Source of the DNA: Scenedesmus sp. PABB004
Lineage: Eukaryota
Reading direction: 5' to 3'
NCBI GenBank assembly: GCA_014905635.1
Contig: CM026548.1
Span: 1 to 64,000, forward strand
DNA: 64,000 nt
The notes below the pieces were generated by a model. It worked only from the letters and a program-made list of their open reading frames with translations, was not told the DNA's origin and did not search any database. This document shows, piece by piece, positions 57,061 through 64,000 of the stretch; the stretch's first letter is position 1, and the number at the start of each line of letters is the position of its first letter. The position numbers and the translations under genes are program-made.

Positions 57061-57969
57061 ATGGCAGAGGTGATCAGCGAGGACCTGCCGCGCGTCAAGT
57101 TTGTCGCGTGCAGGACGGGGTCGACGCCCGCGCTCGACCCGGGCACGCCGGGCCTGGGCGCCCTGTGCCAGCTCATGGCGCGCATGGAGGCGCTCGGGGC
57201 AGCGCCCGTGCTGTCCGACGGCGCGGTCGGCGGCAACTGCGGCCTGCTCGTGGTGCGGCGCCGGCTGGCGGCTGGCGCGGCGGCGGCGCGCCAGCGGCGA
57301 CCGTCGACGCCGCGGCCGCGCGCCGCCGACGCAAGCGCCGCCGCGCGCGGCGCGCAGGACCTGCCTGGCGGCGGCGAGCCGGCGCTGTTTGTCAGCCGCA
57401 CGGGCAAGCCGCCCGGGCACGTGCTGGAACCCTCTGACTTTGTGCAAGTAGAGGAGTTTGACGCACCCGCCTGGGCCGCGGCGTATCGGACCGCCCCGGA
57501 GCACCCCGAGCACCGCCCCACGAGCGACACGCCATTGCTAGCCGCCTGCCTGGGCCCTCAGGGGCTGGCGCGGCACCACTGGTCGGCGCGGCCGCGCGTC
57601 GCGCTGCACGGCCACGCGCTGGCCGAGGGACCGGGTGCGTCGACGTCGCGCGCAGCCGCCGCACGGCGGCGCGCCGGCCTCGCCGCACGCCTGCGCCCTC
57701 GCTCCGCCGTCGCGCCCCCACAAACAGGCCTGGACGCGGCGCGCGCACTGGGGCTGCCGATCTCGGAGCGCGCGACGCTGTTCAGCACGCGTGAAGACCT
57801 GGAGCAGCTGGAGGCGCTGCTCGCGGCCCACCCGGACGCCCGGCTGCTCGTGCGGCGGGGGCACGGCTTCTTCCTGCTGGCCCGCAGCGTGGACGAGGCG
57901 GCGGCGCTGTTCGAGGCGACGGTCGTGCCCACGCTGCAGACGGCAGCGCAGGCGGCAGCGCCGCTGTGA
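57061..57969 (+). CDS. Class II aldolase/adducin-fold protein, 3 exons
   Basis: [19 protein letters not shown] (PSSE-like), ALHGHA and VRRGHGFF metal-binding histidines. Confidence 0.75.
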   Translation: MAEVISEDLPRVKFVACRTGSTPALDPGTPGLGALCQLMARMEALGAAPVLSDGAVGGNCGLLVVRRRLAAGAAAARQRRPSTPRPRAADASAAARGAQDLPGGGEPALFVSRTGKPPGHVLEPSDFVQVEEFDAPAWAAAYRTAPEHPEHRPTSDTPLLAACLGPQGLARHHWSARPRVALHGHALAEGPGASTSRAAAARRRAGLAARLRPRSAVAPPQTGLDAARALGLPISERATLFSTREDLEQLEALLAAHPDARLLVRRGHGFFLLARSVDEAAALFEATVVPTLQTAAQAAAPL

Positions 57970-58092
57970 GGCGCCGCGCCGTGCTGGCATCGTCGTCGGG
58001 GCAACACGGTCGCTTCGCTCGTTACTAGTTGAGCAGCCCGGCCGTCCGGCCCGCAGCCCCCGAATGCAATGCAGCAGCAGCCGAGGCGCGCC

Positions 58093-59497
58093 TCAGCAGA
58101 GCGCCGCGCGCATGCCCAGCGTCGCGCGCGCGCGCGCCGCGCCGGCCGTGGCCGCCGCGCGGTGCGCCGCGCGCGCGAGCGAGCCGCCGCCGCGCGCGAG
58201 CGCGTGCCGCGCGGGCGCGACCGCCGCGCCGCGCGCGGCGCCCATGCCGAGCGGCCGTGCGCCGGCGGCCTGGGCCGCGAGCCGCGCGCCGCCGGCCGCG
58301 GCTGCGCGGCCGGGCGCGCCGCCTGCGCGCGCGGGCGGGGCGGGCGGGCGGCGTCCGTTCGTCGGGCCCGGTCGCGTCGCGTGCGCGCGGCGCCGCGCCC
58401 CGCCCATGGGCTCGCCCCGCGCTGCGTGCGCGTTCGCGCACCCCCGCTGAGCTGTCCGGCGTCGGCGATCATCACGTCGTACGCCGTCTCGCCGCTGCGC
58501 GACCCGCACGCCTCCGCGGCGCGCACGACGTCGAATCCCTCCACCACCTGGCCAAACACGACGTGCTTGCCGTCCAGGAAGCCCGTGCCAGACACGGTGA
58601 GGAAGAACTGGCTGCCGTTGGTGTTGGGGCCTGGGGGGTGTGGGCGGCGGCGGGGTGGGCGGGCGCGGCGCCGCGCCGCGCGACGCGCCGCGGCGCGAGC
58701 GCGCGCCGCGCCCGCCGCGCCCGCGCCGCCGCGGGGGGCCGCAGCGCACCCGCGTTGGCCATGGAGAGGACGCCCGGGCCGGTGTGGCGCAGCTTGAAGT
58801 TCTCGTCCGCAAACTTGGCGCCTGCAGGAGGGCGGTCAACGCGGCGCGGCGCGCTCGAGCGGCAGGCGGGCGGGCGCGCGGTGCCGGTGCGGCGGGGCGC
58901 TGCGCGGCGGCGCACGCACCGTAGATTGAGCGGCCGCCGGTGCCGTTGTCGTTCGTGAAGTCCCCTGCGGCGGCGGGGGGACGGCGGTCGGCCGACCCTG
59001 CCGACGCCAGGGAGGGCGCAGCGCAGGCCGCTCACCGCCCTGGCACATGAAGCCCGGGATGATGCGGTGGAAGCGGGAGCCCTTGTACCCCGCGCCCGGC
59101 TGCCCCGACACGGCGAGCGCCCGGAAGTTCTCGGCCGTGCGCGGCGTCACGTCGGCCTTGAGCTCCATCACCACGCGCCCCAGGGGCACGGCGTCGCCGT
59201 ACCGGCCGAGGGCGAGGTCGAAGTAGACCAGCGGGTTGGCCTGGCGGTGTGTGTGGGGGGGGGGGGGGGGGCGGTCAGCCAGCGGCGGCAGCGGTCAGCG
59301 GCGGCACCGGCAGCGGCAGCAGCGGCGGCGGCGCCAGCGGCAGCGGCGGCGGCAGCGGCAGCGGCGGCGGCGGCCGGCTCTCCCCCTGATCGCTGGCGCA
59401 CCGGGTTCGGGGGGCCCAGCGGAAGCGTGTAGGGGCCCTTGTTCTGGGCAATCGCCACGACCGCCTCCTTGGCCGGCGCGCTGGCGCTGTTCCCCAT
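58093..59497 (-). CDS. Cyclophilin-type peptidyl-prolyl isomerase with N-terminal MGNSAS and a basic C-terminal tail
   Basis: [86 protein letters not shown]. Confidence 0.95.
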
Positions 59498-59705
59498 CGC
59501 TGCTGCTGCGCCTCGGGGCGATGGCGCGGTCGGGGCCGACAGGTCTGACGGAGTCCGTCAGAATGCGCCGGGCGCGGTCGGCTGGCTCGAGCCGGGCCGC
59601 GCGTCATTGGGTGCAGCGGCGGCGCAAAAGCCGCGGCGGCGCGGTCCGTCAGGCCCCGGCAGCCCTCCCCCCAGCAGCTCCCCACAGCAGCGACCTCAGC
59701 AGAGT

Positions 59706-62134
59706 TCACGGCGGCAGGTAGCGGCGCGCGAGCGCGCGGCGCGACACCTCGGCCGACAGGCCCGCGGCGCCGTGCACGTGATACAGCGCCTCCAGGTCGG
59801 CCTTCAGCCCGCCCTCCTCCATGGCCGCCAGCTCCGCCAGCCACGCCGGCCGGCCCGCGAAGCGCGCGGCGAGGCCGGGCAGGACCGCGCGGTCGCGCCG
59901 CCCGAGCGCCTGGCACGCGCTGCGCGGCACGTCCGCCAGCATCTCCCGCGTCGCGCCCAGCCACGCGAGCTGCGGCACCGCGTAGCTGCGCGGTGCGGTC
60001 GGCGGGCGCGGCGCAGTCAGCGCCAGCGGGTGCTGGCCGCCCGGCCGCCGCCCACAGCACGCGCGCGCGCCGCGCGCCGCCAGCGATCGCTGGCTCGCGA
60101 GCTCGCCCGCCGCACGTGCGCCCACCCACCGCGCGCCCTCCAGGCCCATCGCGGCGCTGCCAAACTTGTACGCCGCCAGGATGGCCGCGCCGCCGGGGTT
60201 CCAGTCGACCAGGCCCAGCACCGGCACCGCGGGGTCGCCGCCGCGCGCGCACGCGGCGACGAGCGCGGCGAGGAATGCGCGGCTGGCGAGGTCGGGCATG
60301 CCGCGCCCCGTGAGCAGCACGCAGGGCAGCGCCTCGTGCAGGCGGTCCTCCACGAGGCGCGCAAACACGGCGTCCTTCTCCACCACCAGCACAAAGCGCG
60401 CGCCGACCGGCCTGCGCGCGGCGCGGCGGGGCGAGGGTGGGAGTGAACGCGTGCGCGGCGGGACAGGCCGGCGCCGCTCAGCGGCGGCCGCGTGGCGGGA
60501 TCGGCGCGCAGCGTGGGCCGGCGGCGCTGGCGCGCCCGCGGGCACTCGCCTGAGGGCCATGGCATCGATCGCGCCCACCTCGCCCGGGATGGCGCGCCCC
60601 GCGGGGCCCACCAGGCTGCAGTCCTGCCACGGCTCGCCGGGGCGCGGCCGCAGCAGCAGCCGGCCCGCGACGGCGCCCTTGCTGGCCGCCGCGATGCCGA
60701 GCGAGGCGCGCGGCACGCGCAGCAGGCCCAGCGCGGCGGTGATGGCGGACGTGACGTGCCGCGGCGCCGCAAAGTACGGCGGGCCGAGCAGCTGCACCGG
60801 CGGTGGCGCGCGCACGCGGGCGTGTGGGCAGGGCCGACCGACGCTGCGCGTCGGCGCCGGCGCCGGGGCCGCACGGGTGCGGCGCGCGGTGTCTGCGGCG
60901 CACCGTGTAGTAGATGTCGCGCTGTGTCGCGCTGCGCCCGCCCGCGAGCAGCCCGTGCACGACGTCCAGCAGCGCCAGCACTGCGCGCGCCGGCCGCGGC
61001 GCAGCGGCCGCTGGGCCAGGCGCAAGCAGCGCGCTGCTTGCGTGGCTGGTGGCCGGCGCAGCCCTGCGCGGCCCCCGCGCCCGCCGCGCCCGCAGCCGCC
61101 GCCCACCGCGCACGACGCTCGCCGCCTGCGCGCCGCCGCTGCCGGTCAGGGTGCGCAGCTGCACGCGCGAGCCGAGCCGCAGCACGTGCTGCGCCGCGCC
61201 CGCGTCCGCGCCGCCGCCGCCCTGGGAGCCCTCCTCCTCCTCCTCTTGCTCCTCCGGCTGCTGCGTCGCGGCCTCCTCCTCCTCGGCCGCCTGGCTGGCC
61301 TGGCTGCCGCCCTGGTGGTCGGCGCCGCGCCAGGTGTCGGCGGCGCCTGCGAAGTGCACGTTGGACGCCGCGGTGCTGACGCACGCAAGCGCGGGCAGCC
61401 GCCCCGCCGCCGCGTCGGCCGCGAGCTGCAGCGCGAGCGCCTCGATGCGCGCCATGACGGCCTCACTGCGCGCGGGACCGCCCCGCGCAGCGGCGCGCGG
61501 CGGCAGGGGGTCGGCGGCGTGGCGGCAGCGGCGGCAGCGCAGGTATATGCTTGCGCGCGCGCGCCGCCGCCCGGCCGCGGCGCGGCCGCGCGCGCGCGTC
61601 GCACCGCCCCAGCCCAAAGTCGGCCGCCACCAGCGCGCCGGCGTCGTCGCCGCCGCCCTCCCCGCCCGGCGCCTCCGCGCCCTCGTCCTCCGAGGCGCCG
61701 TCGCCGTCGTCCGCGCTGGGCGCCGCCGCCGGCTCGCTGCCGCCGCCACCGTGCGGCAGCAGCGGCGCCTGGCCCGCGCGCGCCGGCGCCCCCGGTCGCG
61801 CGCGCCGCTCAGCGGGCGGCTCGAGCCGCCCGGCGGCCGCCGCTGGCGAGGCGGCGCGGGGCGGCCGCGCCGCGGCGCCGCTCCAGCCGCCGCCGCCGTC
61901 GCCGAGCCAGTCGTCGCCCGGCGGCGCGCGCGCGTCGGCGTCGGCGCCCGGCGGCTCGCTCTCCCGGTCCCACTCCCCGCGCTCCGCACGCGGGCGCTTC
62001 CCGGCGCCGCGCCACGCCGCGCGCCAGCCGGCGGCGTCGGCGCCCCCCGCCGCCGGCGCGGCCCAGGCCCGCCGCGGCGCGCCGCTCGCGCCGGCCCAGC
62101 CCTGCGAGCCCAGCAGGTCGTCCAGGTCGTCCAT
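59706..62134 (-). CDS. SPO11-2: Meiotic double-strand-break transesterase SPO11 (SPO11-2 type)
   Basis: ATQRDIYY (catalytic Tyr), SLGIAAASKGAVAG, TOPRIM VLVVEKDAVFARL, LTGRGMPDLASR, LVDWNPGG..YKFGS..MGLE (SPO11-2-type motifs), KADLEAL. Confidence 0.9.
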
Positions 62135-62989
62135 GCCGCACGCCGCGCTGCGCGCTGCGCGCGGGCGGCGGCGCGTTCGATGCGCGGGCGGCGCGTCGCG
62201 CGCGGGCGGCGGCGGGGCGCGAGGACGCGGCAGCGTGTCCTGCCTCTCCGCGCCACGGGCAGGGCCTTCGAACTGGCGCGCGCTCGGCAGAGCCCGCCAA
62301 AAAAACACTCGGCCCGAGGCGCTGGCGTCATCTCCTCGAGCCCCTGGCCCACCAGCCCCACTCCCAGCGACGCGTCTGGGTTCCGGGCCTCACCACGCCG
62401 CAGCGCGCGGTGGCAGCGCGCCCCGCAGCCAGCGCTTGGCGCGGAGCAGCACCCGCCGGCCGCGCCCGCCTGCGCGCCGGCCCGCGTCGCTGCGCCAGGC
62501 GCTCCTCGACCGTCGCTTCACGCCGTCGCGGCGGCCGCCCGAGCAGCGCCGCGGCCCCAGGTGCGCCCGGGCGTGCTCGCAAGCGGCCGCCCCGCGCGCC
62601 CTGGGCAGCCAGGCGCCCGCACGCGCTCTCCAGGCACGCGAAGCGACGTTCCCCGGCGCTGGGGCCCGCCCCACGCAGCCTCGCGCCCGGCGCCGCGCGG
62701 GGGGCCCGGGATCCGGGCAGCAGCAGGCGCGCCCATGCAGGCGCGCCCGCCTGGCGAGCCGGCGAGGGCCGCCCCCGCCGGCCCCGGCCCATGACAAGCG
62801 GCCCCCGGCCCGCCGCCGGCGCCGGGGCGCCGCACGCGGCGGCGGCGCCCCGGCGCGCGCGCGCTGCTGCTGTGCGCCGCGCCGTCCCGCGGCCGACGCG
62901 CGCGCCCCGCCCGCGTCGCGCAGGCGCCGAGGCCCCGTACGCCTGCGTGAGATCTCCTGCGCCGCCGCCCGCACGAGCGCAACAGCGGC

Positions 62990-64000
62990 ATGGCGTCGAC
63001 GGCAAACGGCAACGGGTGCGCGCGCTGTGCGCGCTGCGGCGGTTGCCGCCAACCGCCCCGCCGCGGGGCCGCCGCCGTTTGCTTGCGCGCGCGCGGGCGC
63101 CGCGCCAGCCCGCCGCCTCACACACCCGCCGCCGCCCGTCGCACGCCCCGCCGCCCGCGCAGGCTTGCGCAGCCGCCCGGCGCGGACGTGGAGCGGCGCG
63201 TCGCCGCCGCCGCGCGCGACCAGGCGGCCGGCGGCGAGCCGCCGGGCTTTGCCGATGCGCGCCCCAGCGCGCCGCCGGCCGACCAGGGCGCCAAGCTGCT
63301 GCCGGGCCAGGCGCCGCCGGGGTTTGCGCCGCTGGCACGAGGCTTCTACGCGGCGCCCCACGGCGGCGCGCCCGGCTACCCCACCGCCGCGGCGGACGAC
63401 TCCCACGCGGCGGCGCTGGCGCAGGCGTTGCCTGCGTTTGGCCCGGCGCGGCGGCGCCGCGTACCCGCCGCTCGGCCACGCGCCGCCGCCCGAACTACTG
63501 GCGGCGCAGCAGCACCAGCACCACCAGGCGCTCCAGGCGCAGCACCAGGCGCACCAGCAGGGCCTCGCGGCCTCGGCAGGCGCCGGCGCGGGGCCCGGCC
63601 CCGGCGGCCCGGTGCCGGCCCCGGCGGCGGCCCTGGCGGCGTCGGCGGCGGCGGCGCGCAGCGCGCGCTGCCCGAGGACGCGCCCGCGCCCAAGACCGAC
63701 CCGCTGGAGCTCAGCCTGCTGGCGAGCTACCTGGAGGTGGTGCGCCAGACGCAGGGCGAGGCCGCGGCCGCGGAGGCCAGCGCCGCGTCGGGCCTGCCCG
63801 CCGGCGGCGGCGGCGCGCCGGCCGGCCCGCACGCCGCCTTCCTGGCGGGCGCCGAGGGCGCGCTCGTGGCGCGCAGCCGCGCGGGCAGCCAGGACGGCGG
63901 CGGCGGCGCGCCGGCGGGCAGCGAGGCGCTGGGCGTGTCTGGGCTGCTGGGGTTCATCAAGGCCCGCAAGCTCGCCGGCCTCACCGCGAGCGCACTCGGG
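62990..64000 (+). CDS. Hypothetical protein, 5' part only (truncated by window end)
   Basis: ATG GCG TCG ACG..GG|gtgcg..cag, then Ala/Pro/Gln-rich coding-like sequence ..KTDPLELSLLASYLEVVRQ..LLGFIKARKL. Apparent frameshift near 63445; start uncertain. Confidence 0.45.
   Translation, partial: MASTANGNGCARCARCGGCRQPPRRGAAAVCLRARGRRASPPPHTPAAARRTPRRPRRLAQPPGADVERRVAAAARDQAAGGEPPGFADARPSAPPADQGAKLLPGQAPPGFAPLARGFYAAPHGGAPGYPTAAADDSHAAALAQALPAFGPARRRRVPAARPRAAARTTGGAAAPAPPGAPGAAPGAPAGPRGLGRRRRGARPRRPGAGPGGGPGGVGGGGAQRALPEDAPAPKTDPLELSLLASYLEVVRQTQGEAAAAEASAASGLPAGGGGAPAGPHAAFLAGAEGALVARSRAGSQDGGGGAPAGSEALGVSGLLGFIKARKLAGLTASALG

Noticed and set aside
1278..61610. Introner-type repeated intron family
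   Set aside because: Introns are similar in size and GC-rich, but I could not see extended sequence identity between them beyond splice signals.
494..63984. Hundreds of long overlapping ORFs in the six-frame track (e.g. 27065-31567, 24676-27858, 41391-44516)
   Set aside because: Stop codons are rare at about 80% GC. These Arg/Ala/Pro-rich frames are antisense or off-frame shadows of real spliced genes.

Overview
Left end of a nuclear chromosome from an extremely GC-rich (roughly 80%, judged by eye) intron-rich green alga. Plant-type TTTAGGG telomeres and TGTAA poly(A) signals suggest a chlorophyte, plausibly Sphaeropleales. After the telomere come about 24 tightly packed spliced protein genes, in order: RCC1-repeat protein, HCF244/Ycf39, patatin-like lipase, tandem RNase H-domain protein, two head-to-head cupins, SFC1 carrier, EAF6, sulfotransferase, a >2000-aa low-complexity protein, PDRG1-like prefoldin, EGF-TM protein, SCL-type SR protein, two hypothetical proteins, CAP + bulb-lectin protein, MCTP, VTC2, ABCG transporter, HIRA, class II aldolase-like protein, cyclophilin, SPO11-2 and a truncated gene. 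Most entries in the supplied ORF track are GC-driven artefacts, so gene models were rebuilt by hand across introns. CDS coordinates span start to stop codon including introns. The best findings are: (1) a non-AUG (ACG) uORF in the VTC2 leader resembling the land-plant ascorbate-feedback uORF; (2) a 50-nt antisense copy of a 3' splice site plus exon start embedded in an upstream intron of the ABCG gene; (3) a 259-bp genomic copy capped by telomere repeats at both ends with symmetric CTAG junctions and fused head-to-head to the chromosome end; (4) a pseudo-RNase H + active RNase H tandem protein; (5) frequent GC-AG introns.
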